Shown: positions 20,349 to 31,809 of the stretch, in pieces | How the letters are laid out: each line of letters begins with the position of its first letter | How positions within the stretch are numbered: position 1 is the stretch's first letter | NCBI GenBank assembly: GCA_017484225.1 | Contig: JAFUTN010000022.1 | Location: 2,168-66,167, forward strand | Reading direction: 5' to 3' | Length of the DNA: 64,000 nucleotides | Source of the DNA: Alphaproteobacteria bacterium | GTDB lineage: Bacteria > Pseudomonadota > Alphaproteobacteria > RF32 > CAG-239 | Position numbers and translations under genes: made by a program | Notes under the pieces: model-generated | The model's input: only the letters and a program-made list of their open reading frames with translations | Database searches by the model: none | What the model was told of the DNA's origin: nothing

Positions 20349-22691
20349 TTGATTAAAGGCTTTATTAGAGGTTTTGATATGGTTAAAAGAATGCTTATTG
20401 ATGACACGCAACCGGAAGAAACTCGTGTTGTGATTGTCAATGGTAACAAGGTTGAAGACGTTGAGTTTGAGTCTTCTTCCCGTAAACAAATAAATGGTAA
20501 TATTTATTGTGCAAAGGTTATAAGAATAGAACCTTCACTGCAGGCTGCTTTTGTGGATTACGGCGGCAATAAACACGGATTTCTGGCATTTAACGAGATT
20601 CATCCGGATTATTACAATGTATCAGATGAAGTAATGAAAGAAGTTGAAGCCGAAGTTGATGAAATTATCAACAAAAAAATTCAATACTTAAAAGACAGAG
20701 ATGAACAACGCGCTCGTTACCGTGCCGAAAAAGAAGCAAAAGAAGCACAAAAACGCCTTGAGTTGCAACAAGCTTTGGAATTGGAAGAATCGCAACTTGA
20801 TCCGGTGGAAACTCTGGCTGATGAAAACGATACGGATGCTCCGATTGAATTTGTTCCTGAGGTGAGTCAATCAGAAACCGATAACAAGAAACGGCAAATC
20901 ACCATTCAAGGTGAATTATCTGAAGAAACAACAGAGTTTACAATTCCGCAAGCAAGCACAGGCATTACCGTTGCCGCCGATATGGAATATGAAAACAATG
21001 AAGAAGATTCTCCTCGCAAAAAAAGACGTCCTTATCGTCGCAGAAGCAACAAAAATACGACGATGGCAAACTCTGACGGATTGAACGACGATTATCTGGA
21101 AGAAGATACCGAATCTGATTTGGATTTAGATGACGAAGATGATGATGAAGATGATGACGGCAAAAAATACAATTTTGACACTCAGCGCAAATTGCTCAAA
21201 TTGCGTAAACTGTTTCATCACTCCGCAATTCAAGACGTCATAAAAGAAGGACAAACAATTTTAATTCAAATTGTTAAAGAAGAACGCGGAAACAAAGGCG
21301 CTGCTTGCACAACATATATTTCTCTGGCCGGAAGATATTGCGTGTTAATGCCTAACCGCATAAAAAGCGGCGGTGTATCACGCAAGATAACCAATTCAGG
21401 CGACAGAAAAAGATTAAAAGCAATAATTCGTGATTTACCGATTAATCCGGATATGTCTTTAATTGTTCGCACTGCCGGTGAAGACAAAACAAAAGCAGAT
21501 ATTGTGCGTGACTACAATTATTTGATTCGCACATGGAATGCCATTCGCTACAGTGCCTTAAAAAATACACCGCCGGCTATGGTATATGAAGAAGGAAATT
21601 TAATTAAGCGAGCACTGCGTGATATGTATTCAAAAGACATTTCCGAAGTTATTATAGACGGTGATGAAGCCTATAAAACAGCCCGCGAGTTTGTGAAAGT
21701 TTTGTCTCCGCATAACGTAAAAAACATTAAATGCCGTAAATCCGGAGAAATTCCGGTATTTCAGCGTTTTCAGATAGAATCTCAGCTGGATAAATTGCAC
21801 AATCCGATTGTTCAGTTGGAATCCGGCGGATATTTGGTAATCAATCCGACTGAAGCGCTTGTTTCCATTGATGTTAACTCAGGTCGTGCCACAAAAGAAA
21901 AAGACATTGAAGAAACTGCACTTAAAACAAACTTGGAAGCAGCCGTTGAAATTGCAAAACAATTAAAAATGCGCGATTTGGCCGGTTTGATTGTTGTTGA
22001 TTTTATTGATATGTATGAGCCGCAAAACAATATCGCGGTTGAAAAGAAGATGAAAGAAGCAATGAAAGATGACAGGGCTCGTATTCAAATAGCCAAGATG
22101 AGTATTTTCGGTCTTTTGGAAATATCACGCCAAAGAATGCACTCGTCATTTATGGAAAGCAATTATGAAACATGCCCTTATTGCCAGGGACACGGTGTGA
22201 TTCGCACTATTGAATCCGGTGCCTCACTTATTTTGCGGGCATTGGAAACGGAATGTGTCCGCAACCGTAATTGCCGTTTGCATATTTCTGCTCCGGTGGA
22301 TACTGCCGCATATTTACTCAATCAAAAACGCAAAAATATTTCGGCATTGGAAGAAGTCTACAACCTTAATATCGTTGTTTCCGGTGACTTCAACATGAAA
22401 AGTGTATCCGATTATAAGATTGAAAAAGAAAAATTGGAAACAGGAAAACCAAAGGCAAAAGACGCCGCAACAACCTGTTATGAGGCCGATAACATTGACG
22501 AAAGTCAAGATGACGAAGATTTTTCCACTGAAGAAGAAAACGATAATTCGGAAAGCCATACAAGATTTCGCCGCAATCGCCGCAATCGTTTCAGACGTGA
22601 TAAAAATTATCACAACGAACAGGAACAAGTTTCCGTTGCCGATACACCTAAACAGGAAAAGAAATCATGGTGGAAAAAATTAATCGGATAA
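20349..22691 (+). CDS. rne: ribonuclease E; likely start 20379
   Basis: IEPSLQAAFVDYG S1 domain, SIDVNSG, LIVVDFIDM, CPYC zinc link, Arg-rich C-terminal region. Confidence 0.95.
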   Translation: MIKGFIRGFDMVKRMLIDDTQPEETRVVIVNGNKVEDVEFESSSRKQINGNIYCAKVIRIEPSLQAAFVDYGGNKHGFLAFNEIHPDYYNVSDEVMKEVEAEVDEIINKKIQYLKDRDEQRARYRAEKEAKEAQKRLELQQALELEESQLDPVETLADENDTDAPIEFVPEVSQSETDNKKRQITIQGELSEETTEFTIPQASTGITVAADMEYENNEEDSPRKKRRPYRRRSNKNTTMANSDGLNDDYLEEDTESDLDLDDEDDDEDDDGKKYNFDTQRKLLKLRKLFHHSAIQDVIKEGQTILIQIVKEERGNKGAACTTYISLAGRYCVLMPNRIKSGGVSRKITNSGDRKRLKAIIRDLPINPDMSLIVRTAGEDKTKADIVRDYNYLIRTWNAIRYSALKNTPPAMVYEEGNLIKRALRDMYSKDISEVIIDGDEAYKTAREFVKVLSPHNVKNIKCRKSGEIPVFQRFQIESQLDKLHNPIVQLESGGYLVINPTEALVSIDVNSGRATKEKDIEETALKTNLEAAVEIAKQLKMRDLAGLIVVDFIDMYEPQNNIAVEKKMKEAMKDDRARIQIAKMSIFGLLEISRQRMHSSFMESNYETCPYCQGHGVIRTIESGASLILRALETECVRNRNCRLHISAPVDTAAYLLNQKRKNISALEEVYNLNIVVSGDFNMKSVSDYKIEKEKLETGKPKAKDAATTCYEADNIDESQDDEDFSTEEENDNSESHTRFRRNRRNRFRRDKNYHNEQEQVSVADTPKQEKKSWWKKLIG

Positions 22692-24004
22692 TATTAAGCT
22701 TTGTATTTTTTATAAGCGTGGCGGTATTTTCCGCCCGCTTATCTTATGCAAACGGGTTAATGCTGATTAATGACACACAAACTCAAAAATATTTGGCTCA
22801 TGTTGTGAAACCGCTGTTTAATGCGGCAAAAATAAATTTTAATGAAAACAAAATTATGATTGTCGGAGACGATTCTCTCAATGCCTTTGTCAGTGAGGGA
22901 AATTATTTGTTTGTTAATACGGGAACTTTAATCAGTATAGACAACACTAACGAATTATCCGGAATTTTGGCGCACGAAACAGGTCACATTATGGGCGGGC
23001 ATATCGTCAGACAAAAATTGAAAATGCAAAAAATTCAGTATGCTATGATAGGTTCAATGTTGGCAGCCGGTGCCGCAGCCGTCACAACCGGCAGAGGAGA
23101 TGCTGCCATGGCCGTAATTTTAGGCTCGCAAAGTTCTGCGCTGAACAGTATGCTGCATCATCAGGTAGAAGAAGAACGCAGTGCAGACGAAAGCGCCGTC
23201 AAATTATTGAATGCCACCAAGCAATCCGCCAAAGGGTTGCAAAGGTTTATGGAGAAAATCCGCAAGCATAATACCCTCAGCGGCATAGAAGAAGACGCTT
23301 ATTTTACGACACACCCGATGACATTTGAGCGAATCAGCCATTTCAAAGAAGTAGCAAAAAGCAATAATTTTTCACAACATAATCCGCTTGATAGTGAATT
23401 AAAGATGGTTAAAGCAAAAATATCGGCCTTTTTGGGTAATCGTGAGCGAGTATGGCGAGTATATCCGAAATCGGCAACAACGGATGATGCCGTTTATGCT
23501 CATGCTGTTTTATATTTTAGAGACGGAGATATCGGAAAAGCAATGCAAAGCATTGATATTTTGTTAAAAAAACATCCTCAAAATCCGTATTTTCATGAAC
23601 TGAAAGGACAATTTCTGTTTGAAACCGGTAAAGTTAAGGCAAGCATTCAATCATACAGAGAATCATTAAAACTCCTTGATGCACCGCTCACAAAGCTATC
23701 TTTAGCTCATGCCGTTTTAGAAAGTTCTCCCGATAAAGCATCACTAAATGAAGCAATTACCTTATTAAAGCAGGCGCAAGTTACCTACCCTACTCCGTTT
23801 GGTTGGGAATTGCTCTCCCGAGCCTACGGAGAAGCAGATAAAACAGCCGAATCTTATTATGCAGCAGCAGAATATAATTATTCCGTTGATAATTTGAAAA
23901 GCGCAAAACAACAACTGATTTATGCCCAAAAGAGCAATCCGGACAAAACCTTATCGCTAAAAATTTCCGACTTAAAAATGCGAATCAAAGAAGAAGAAAA
24001 CTAA
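22667..24004 (+). CDS. M48 family metalloprotease with TPR repeats (BepA-like)
   Basis: LAHETGH zinc motif, EERSAD, THP motif, signal peptide. Confidence 0.9.
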   Translation: MVEKINRIILSFVFFISVAVFSARLSYANGLMLINDTQTQKYLAHVVKPLFNAAKINFNENKIMIVGDDSLNAFVSEGNYLFVNTGTLISIDNTNELSGILAHETGHIMGGHIVRQKLKMQKIQYAMIGSMLAAGAAAVTTGRGDAAMAVILGSQSSALNSMLHHQVEEERSADESAVKLLNATKQSAKGLQRFMEKIRKHNTLSGIEEDAYFTTHPMTFERISHFKEVAKSNNFSQHNPLDSELKMVKAKISAFLGNRERVWRVYPKSATTDDAVYAHAVLYFRDGDIGKAMQSIDILLKKHPQNPYFHELKGQFLFETGKVKASIQSYRESLKLLDAPLTKLSLAHAVLESSPDKASLNEAITLLKQAQVTYPTPFGWELLSRAYGEADKTAESYYAAAEYNYSVDNLKSAKQQLIYAQKSNPDKTLSLKISDLKMRIKEEEN

Positions 24005-24056
24005 CTGTTGCAGATAGGAAAAGTTTGTGTTTTAATATCCGTAAAGGAGAAAAACA

Positions 24057-25238
24057 ATGGTTGCGGCAACTTGTATTCACAATGCTACGGTTTTAAACGG
24101 TTATTCAATGATGCGCAACTGCGCGGTTTTAATCAGGCAAAACAAAATTGTAGATGTTTTTAACGAAGAACGTTTTTCACAGAAAAAATTTAAGGATGAT
24201 ACATTTTTCATTGATGCCAAAGGAGCTTATGTTGTTCCGGGATTTATAGATACGCATATTCACGGTTTCGGGGGATACGGAACGGAAGATTGTCAGGCAA
24301 AATCAATTTTAAAAATGTCGGAAGGATTACTTAAATACGGCGTAACTTCTTTTATTCCGACCATTTATACCGCATCACAAGAAAAAATGTTCGGAGGAAT
24401 TAAAGCCATAGTCAAAGCTATGGGGAAAGAAAAAGGTGCTCGTATTTTGGGAATTCATCTGGAAGGACCGTTTATTTCGCCGCAAAGATTAGGTGTGCAG
24501 GATGAAAGTGCCGTTAAAAATGTTGATTTGGATTTAATGGAAAAAATGTGGGAACTTTCGGAAGGCCGTATTATCAATATGACAGTGGCTCCGGAACTCA
24601 AACACATGAGAGAACTGGCTCTTTATTGCCTATCCAAAGGAATTGTTTTGCAAGCAGGCCACACAAACGCAACCTACAAGCAAATGATTGAAGGTATGCA
24701 GGCACGTATTTTTCATGTCACTCATTTATTTAATGCCATGAGCAGAATGCATCATCGCGATCCGGGAGCCGTCGGTGCCGTATTTATCCATCCGGAGCTT
24801 TCGTGCGAAATTATTGCCGACGGAATACATATTAATCCGGAAATTATCAAATTTTTGCTTACATGTAAACCGATTGACAAGATTGTTTTGGTAACAGATG
24901 CACTAAAGCCGACAAAACAAAAGAAAAAACCTTTAATCGCTAACGGTGATGAAGTATATTTGGATAAATGCTTTTATCGCAAGGAAGACAATGCCATTGC
25001 CGGTTCGGCGTTAACTATGGTAGACAGCGTTCGCAATATCGTCTCTTACGGCATAAGTCTTGAAAATGCCGTCCACATGGCCTCCACCAATCCGGCTCGT
25101 ATAATGAAACAAGACCACCTTGGTGTAATTGCTCCCGGTTATGATGCCGATTTGGTTATTTTATCACCAAAACTCAATGTGTTACACACGATTATTCAAG
25201 GAAAAGTTTATAGTAAAGGAAAAGAAATATGCGGGTAA
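24057..25238 (+). CDS. nagA: N-acetylglucosamine-6-phosphate deacetylase
   Basis: [25 protein letters not shown] and IADGIH motifs. Confidence 0.95.
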   Translation: MVAATCIHNATVLNGYSMMRNCAVLIRQNKIVDVFNEERFSQKKFKDDTFFIDAKGAYVVPGFIDTHIHGFGGYGTEDCQAKSILKMSEGLLKYGVTSFIPTIYTASQEKMFGGIKAIVKAMGKEKGARILGIHLEGPFISPQRLGVQDESAVKNVDLDLMEKMWELSEGRIINMTVAPELKHMRELALYCLSKGIVLQAGHTNATYKQMIEGMQARIFHVTHLFNAMSRMHHRDPGAVGAVFIHPELSCEIIADGIHINPEIIKFLLTCKPIDKIVLVTDALKPTKQKKKPLIANGDEVYLDKCFYRKEDNAIAGSALTMVDSVRNIVSYGISLENAVHMASTNPARIMKQDHLGVIAPGYDADLVILSPKLNVLHTIIQGKVYSKGKEICG

Positions 25239-26020
25239 TTATAAAAGATAATAAAGACATTGTTTCCGAATGGGCTGCTCAGTATGTGGCATACAAAATC
25301 AATCAGTTTCGCCCAAGTGCGACCAAGCCGTTTGTTTTGGGTTTGCCTACAGGTTCAACCCCGCTCGGAATGTATAAAAAGTTGATAGAGCTGAATAAGT
25401 CAGGTAAGGTTTCTTTCGCTCACGTTGTCACTTTTAATATGGATGAATATATCGGTTTGGATGAATCTCATCCGCAAAGCTATCACTATTTTATGTATGA
25501 GAATTTTTTCAACCATATTGATATCAAAAAGAAAAACATCCACATTTTAGACGGCATGACTAAAAATTATGCCAAAGAATGCGGAGATTATGAATTAGCC
25601 ATGCACAATTTGGGTGGTGTTAATTTGTTTATCGGCGGTGTCGGAGAAGACGGACATATTGCTTTTAATGAACCTTTTTCATCACTCACCTCTCGCACAA
25701 GAGTAAAAACATTAACCGAAAGCACAATAAAAGCAAATTCACGTTTTTTTGATAATGATTTAAGTAAAGTTCCGACACAAGCTTTAACCGTTGGCATAGG
25801 AACAATAATGGACGCTGACGAAGTTTTGATTTTGGCTACCGGAAAAAATAAAGCCAATGCTCTGCATCACGGAATAGAAGAAGGAATCAGTCATGTTTGG
25901 ACCGTTTCTGCCTTGCAACAACACCCGCACGGAATTATCTTATGTGATAAAGATGCGGCTTCCGCACTGCATAAAGACACAGTTGACTACTTTATGGATA
26001 TTGAAAAGGACAAATTTTAG
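25229..26020 (+). CDS. nagB: glucosamine-6-phosphate deaminase
   Basis: [16 protein letters not shown] and GHIAFNEP motifs. Confidence 0.97.
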   Translation: MRVIIKDNKDIVSEWAAQYVAYKINQFRPSATKPFVLGLPTGSTPLGMYKKLIELNKSGKVSFAHVVTFNMDEYIGLDESHPQSYHYFMYENFFNHIDIKKKNIHILDGMTKNYAKECGDYELAMHNLGGVNLFIGGVGEDGHIAFNEPFSSLTSRTRVKTLTESTIKANSRFFDNDLSKVPTQALTVGIGTIMDADEVLILATGKNKANALHHGIEEGISHVWTVSALQQHPHGIILCDKDAASALHKDTVDYFMDIEKDKF

Positions 26021-26031
26021 AGGTTTAAAGA

Positions 26032-26394
26032 ATGAAAAAATTATCGTTTTTCAAAAAATTGTTGCAAACCATCTCCGCCCCTGCCGATAAGTCTCAAAAT
26101 TCCAATTTATCGGCAAAAGATGCGGCTTCCTTGCAACAAAACTATATAGAAAATTTAAATAAGAAATCTGATTTACTTACTCCTCCTTATGTGGAAATTG
26201 CAAAACAACTGAGCAATCCGAAGGACGAAATTTTCAGAGCTGCCGTATATTATTTGGTGCAAATAGCCTGCAACGAGCCGCGCTACGTTTCATCAATTAA
26301 CAGTATTCTGCAACAATGCCGAAAGAAGAATAAGCTTTCTGCCGAAAATAAATTGTTCTTGGATGAGCAATTAAAAAATCTGTCAGTTAAGTAA
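26032..26394 (+). CDS. hypothetical protein
   Basis: 120-aa ORF directly after nagB, with RBS and ATG. Confidence 0.7.
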   Translation: MKKLSFFKKLLQTISAPADKSQNSNLSAKDAASLQQNYIENLNKKSDLLTPPYVEIAKQLSNPKDEIFRAAVYYLVQIACNEPRYVSSINSILQQCRKKNKLSAENKLFLDEQLKNLSVK

Positions 26395-26425
26395 AAGACC
26401 ACTTGCTTTGGCACGTGGTCTTTTA
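26395..26425. terminator. bidirectional terminator between convergent genes
   Basis: aaaagaccacttgc-tttg-gcacgtggtctttt. Confidence 0.7.
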
Positions 26426-26459
26426 CAATGAATCAAGTGTTTTTTCTTATCTTTAATGA

Positions 26460-27668
26460 TTATTTTTTCATAATCACAACACCCGGAAGTTCTTTACCTT
26501 CCATCCATTCCAAAAATGCTCCGCCTGCCGTTGAAATATATGTAAATTTATCGGCAACACCAGCACTTTCTAACGCGGAAACAGTATCTCCTCCGCCGGC
26601 TACAGTTGACAATTTTCCGGCTTTAGTCAATTCGGCGGCATGTTGCGCTACCAAATTTGTTGCGTTATCAAAAGGTTTTAACTCAAAAGCACCCAATGGA
26701 CCGTTCCATACAAGAGTTTTGCATTCATCCATTTTTGCATTAATAAGAGATACGGTTTTTTCTCCTACATCAAGCAATGTTCCGTCAGAAGGAACATTAT
26801 TTACATCATAGGTTGCGTGAGGTGCATTCGCGGCAAATTCTTTAGCCGAAACCAAATCAAGCGGAAGAATAATTTCGCAATTATTAGCCTTTGCCGTTGC
26901 CAAAATTTCTTTTGCCGTATCAAGCATATCCGGTTGAACAAGAGAATTTTGCTCATTAATGGCTTCAACACCCTGCACTTTCAAAAATGTATGCGCCATA
27001 CCACCGGCAATCACCAATTTATCAACTTTTTTCACTAAATTATTTAACAAATCAAGCTTTGTAGAAACTTTTGAACCACCGACTATAGCCATTAACGGAC
27101 GTTCAGGATTATTCAACCCCGTGGTTAAGGCATTAACTTCTTCAGCCATCAGCAATCCCATGGCAGAAGGAAGATGTTTTGCGGCGGCAACCATTGAAGC
27201 ATGTGCGCGGTGAGCCGTTGAAAATGCGTCAGAAACATAAACATCTGCCGGTTTAATCAACTCTTTAGCCCAGTCCTCATTACCTTTTTTCTCTTCATCA
27301 TAAAAACGTAAGTTTTCAAGGAGCAAAACCTCATCCGTTTTCATATTTTTAACGGCATCAGCAACTTTTTCGCCGATGCAGTCATCAACAAACACAACTT
27401 TTGAACCCAAAGCTTTTTGCAATTCCGGCGCAACGTGGGACAAAGAATTTTTCATATCACCTTTTCCTTCAGGTCTTCCGAAGTGTGAAATAACCACAAC
27501 TTTAGCGCCTTTTTTCATCAACAATTTAATTGTCGGAACCGTGCGATCAATACGTGCAGTGTTAGTAACCTTAAAATTTTCATCCATCGGCACATTCAAA
27601 TCGGCACGAAGCATAACAACTTTACCGTTCAAATCACCCAAATCTTCAATAGTCTTATATTCTTGCAT
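26460..27668 (-). CDS. pgk: phosphoglycerate kinase
   Basis: RADLNVP, LLENLRF, WNGPLG and STAGGAFLEWMEGK motifs. Confidence 0.98.
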   Translation of the reverse strand: MQEYKTIEDLGDLNGKVVMLRADLNVPMDENFKVTNTARIDRTVPTIKLLMKKGAKVVVISHFGRPEGKGDMKNSLSHVAPELQKALGSKVVFVDDCIGEKVADAVKNMKTDEVLLLENLRFYDEEKKGNEDWAKELIKPADVYVSDAFSTAHRAHASMVAAAKHLPSAMGLLMAEEVNALTTGLNNPERPLMAIVGGSKVSTKLDLLNNLVKKVDKLVIAGGMAHTFLKVQGVEAINEQNSLVQPDMLDTAKEILATAKANNCEIILPLDLVSAKEFAANAPHATYDVNNVPSDGTLLDVGEKTVSLINAKMDECKTLVWNGPLGAFELKPFDNATNLVAQHAAELTKAGKLSTVAGGGDTVSALESAGVADKFTYISTAGGAFLEWMEGKELPGVVIMKK

Positions 27669-27733
27669 TATTTTTCCTTATTTTTATTACAAATCCCCAC
27701 CGATTTTGCTCGGTGGGGACTGATTAAAGCATA

Positions 27734-28807
<1,074 letters not shown>

Positions 28808-28898
28808 CTAATTTAGCATTAAAGATAAATTTTTCAAGTAAAATCTGAAAAATTAAACACTTTTAAAATATTCTTGCAGCCGATAACCTGAACCATAT

Positions 28899-29555
28899 TT
28901 ATTTTAAGGCATCAATTAAAGAGCAAACTTTGGCTAAAACTTCTTTAATACCCAATGATGACGTATCAATTATCACCGCATCATCAGCAGGTTTGAGAGG
29001 TGCTGCGGAACGTTTAGAATCTCTCTCATCACGTTCTTTCATGTCAGACAAAACTTTTTCATACGTTGTATTAATTCCCTTTGCCGAAAACTCATCAAAA
29101 CGACGTTTGGCTCTGACTTCGGAACTTGCCGTTATAAAAATTTTCAAATCTGCATCAGGGCAAACAACCGTTCCGGTATCTCTGCCGTCGTAAACGGCAC
29201 CGTTTGCCTTTGTTCCGTCGGCAAAAACCGGATTTAAGGCAAAATTCTGCTGCATTGTCAACAATGCACTTCGCACATCCGGAATCGCCGAAACAATAGA
29301 AGCAGCCTGTCCTCCTATATCTGAACGGAAGTCTTTATGGGCGGATAATTTCATCATCTCCGGAAATGTCAATTTTTTTGCAAATTCGGTTGCTTTCGTT
29401 TGGTCTTGCAAATCAGCACCGGACAAAACCATTTGCAAACCCACGGCACGATATACCATACCGGTGTCAAAATATGCCAATTTATATTTTTCGGCCAAGG
29501 CTCCGGCCAGTGTCCCTTTACCGGCAGCCGCCGGTCCGTCTATTGTTATAATCAT
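28899..29555 (-). CDS. cmk: cytidylate kinase
   Basis: IDGPAAAGKGT, DGRDTGTVV and RDERDSKR motifs. Confidence 0.95.
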   Translation of the reverse strand: MIITIDGPAAAGKGTLAGALAEKYKLAYFDTGMVYRAVGLQMVLSGADLQDQTKATEFAKKLTFPEMMKLSAHKDFRSDIGGQAASIVSAIPDVRSALLTMQQNFALNPVFADGTKANGAVYDGRDTGTVVCPDADLKIFITASSEVRAKRRFDEFSAKGINTTYEKVLSDMKERDERDSKRSAAPLKPADDAVIIDTSSLGIKEVLAKVCSLIDALK

Positions 29556-29661
29556 CCGTTTTTATCCCTTTTTGTTAAACGTTATACTTTCTTTAACACA
29601 TCAGATGTTACAATACCACACACAAAGTTGATTTATGCAATGTTTTTTGGAAGGAAGGGCA

Positions 29662-30384
29662 ATGATTGTCCGAATGTTTTTGAATTGCAGCCTGCAACAA
29701 GGCATTAAAGCGGATTTAGATTCCGGACAAGTTAATTATTTGGCCAACGTTCTCAGAATGAAAAACGGTGATAAACTCGCAGTTTTTGACGGCAGAAGCG
29801 GAGAATATGAAGCTATAACAGAAAATCTTTCCCGTAAATCAGGCTCCTTAAGAATCGGCCGTAAAATTCGCGATTTCTCACCTTCTCCGGATATATGGCT
29901 GTTGTTTGCACCTTTGAAAAAAGATTGCACCGATATGGTAATCCAAAAAGCAACAGAACTTGGTGCGGCAAAAATAATACCGGTTATCACCAAATATACC
30001 AACAATGCAAACATCCGTATTGAAAGGTATGCGGCGCAAGCAATAGAGGCAGCCGAGCAATGCCGGCGTTTAGATGTTCCGCAAATAGAAAAACCGCAGA
30101 CATTGGATGTTATGCTGAAAAATTTTCCTGCTGACCGCACGTTGTTCTTCCTAAACGAAAAAGGCTCCAAACAAGATATTTTGGAAACAATCAAAAATCA
30201 CACCGGAAAAGCGGCACTGCTTATCGGTCCGGAAGGAGGTTTTTCCGAGGACGAAATAAAAAAAATTTTGGCATATCCGAAAGTTTGTGATATATTCTTA
30301 GGAAACAGAATCTTACGTGCCGAAACAGCGGCTCTTGCAGGTTTGGTATGTTGGCAGGCCGTTAACGGAGATTGGAAGGATTAA
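29662..30384 (+). CDS. rsmE: 16S rRNA m3U1498 methyltransferase
   Basis: QKATELG, EAAEQC, IGPEGGFS and ILRAETA motifs. Confidence 0.95.
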   Translation: MIVRMFLNCSLQQGIKADLDSGQVNYLANVLRMKNGDKLAVFDGRSGEYEAITENLSRKSGSLRIGRKIRDFSPSPDIWLLFAPLKKDCTDMVIQKATELGAAKIIPVITKYTNNANIRIERYAAQAIEAAEQCRRLDVPQIEKPQTLDVMLKNFPADRTLFFLNEKGSKQDILETIKNHTGKAALLIGPEGGFSEDEIKKILAYPKVCDIFLGNRILRAETAALAGLVCWQAVNGDWKD

Positions 30385-30386
30385 AT

Positions 30387-31091
30387 ATGAAATTTTTAAT
30401 TGCCGATGACCACGAATTATTTCTTCAGGGATTAGAATTTATCCTGAAAAAAGAGTATCCGAACGCACAAATTAAACTGGCAAACAGTTACAGCGGAATT
30501 ATGGATATTTTAAAAACAGACACAGACTTTGACTTGATTATTACCGATTTGGCAATGCCGGGAGGAAACTGGTTGTCATCTTTGCAAAAAATGCACGAAA
30601 TATGCTCGGAAACACCGATAATTATTATTTCGGCGGTATTTGACAAAGAAGTTTTGCAAAAAACTTATGATATCGGCGTTTCGGGATATATTTCAAAATC
30701 TTTTTCCAATGCAATTATCATCAGTGCCATTAACCTTGTGCTGGCCGGCGGAATGTATATTCCTCCGGACTTATTGAAGATGAGTGAAAGTATGCCGCAA
30801 CAATCGGTAAAAAACCTGCTGAAAAAGATGGAAAAAGAGGAAACTGAAAACGAAGAAGAAACGGTTACATTGACACCAAGACAAACGGAAGTATTAAATT
30901 GTATTGCGGAGGGATTATCCAACAAACAAATTGCCGGAAAACTCGGTTTAAGCGAAGGAACGGTAAAAATCCATATCACTTTGCTTATGCGCTCACTAAA
31001 CGTAACCAATCGCATTGCCGCAATACGAGCCGGCGAAAAATTGGGATTAATTTCTTATAATACGACAAAATCGGAGAATAACCATGCCTAA
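30387..31091 (+). CDS. NarL/LuxR family response regulator
   Basis: LIADDH receiver, TDLAMPG, C-terminal LTPRQTEVL...SNKQIA...TVKIH HTH. Confidence 0.93.
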   Translation: MKFLIADDHELFLQGLEFILKKEYPNAQIKLANSYSGIMDILKTDTDFDLIITDLAMPGGNWLSSLQKMHEICSETPIIIISAVFDKEVLQKTYDIGVSGYISKSFSNAIIISAINLVLAGGMYIPPDLLKMSESMPQQSVKNLLKKMEKEETENEEETVTLTPRQTEVLNCIAEGLSNKQIAGKLGLSEGTVKIHITLLMRSLNVTNRIAAIRAGEKLGLISYNTTKSENNHA

Positions 31092-31803
31092 AAATACATC
31101 TTTGCCTCCTTATATGCAAAGTTTATACAACAAAATTTACTCCAATTCGTTTTGGAGCGGCATAATGGATGACTGCAGGATAGCTAATATAGTTACTCTC
31201 GGTGCCGACAAAAGACTGACCGCAGATGTTGTAAAAGAAATTGCCCGCAATGCCCACGTCTTACAAATAGGACTCACATTCGGAGATGAAATTGAACAAG
31301 TTTACCGTAAGATTTGCAAACAAGGAAAATTTGATATTTTTGACATATCCGAGCTGCAACTCTCTCGGGCTACACAAAAATTCGGTCACTACAACATCAA
31401 CCTGATAAAAAAAGACGCCACTGAATCATGGCAAGAAAAATATGATGTCATAATTTGTTATAATCTTTTGAGTGAAATTCCGGCGCAAAGCCGAAATAAA
31501 ATTATGACCAATGCCCTAAACAGCCTGAGCAACGGCGGTAAAGCTTTATTTATTGATTGCTGTAAACCTGAAAAATATAATCTGCTTCGTTTTCCGCTGA
31601 AATTATTCAATTTGCTATACAAACCTTTTTCTTTGGATTTATGGAATAAACCGATTGAAAATATGACAGATATAAAAAATAATTTCAGATGGCATCACAC
31701 ATACTACTACGGAAAAATGTTCCAAAAAGTTATTGCCATACGCAAGATTTTAAGTTCTGAAGATGTGCGAAAACTGACCAGAATGTTTAAAAACGGAAAA
31801 TAG
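31084..31803 (+). CDS. rquA: RquA-like rhodoquinone biosynthesis protein (class I SAM-MTase fold)
   Basis: LPPYM..LY...Y.N N-terminus, VLQIGLTFGD, YDVIICYNLLSEIP, GGKALFID..KP and LW...I...F.W..TY.GKMFQKVIA match the RquA pattern as I recall it. Confidence 0.7.
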   Translation: MPKNTSLPPYMQSLYNKIYSNSFWSGIMDDCRIANIVTLGADKRLTADVVKEIARNAHVLQIGLTFGDEIEQVYRKICKQGKFDIFDISELQLSRATQKFGHYNINLIKKDATESWQEKYDVIICYNLLSEIPAQSRNKIMTNALNSLSNGGKALFIDCCKPEKYNLLRFPLKLFNLLYKPFSLDLWNKPIENMTDIKNNFRWHHTYYYGKMFQKVIAIRKILSSEDVRKLTRMFKNGK

Positions 31804-31809
31804 CATATT

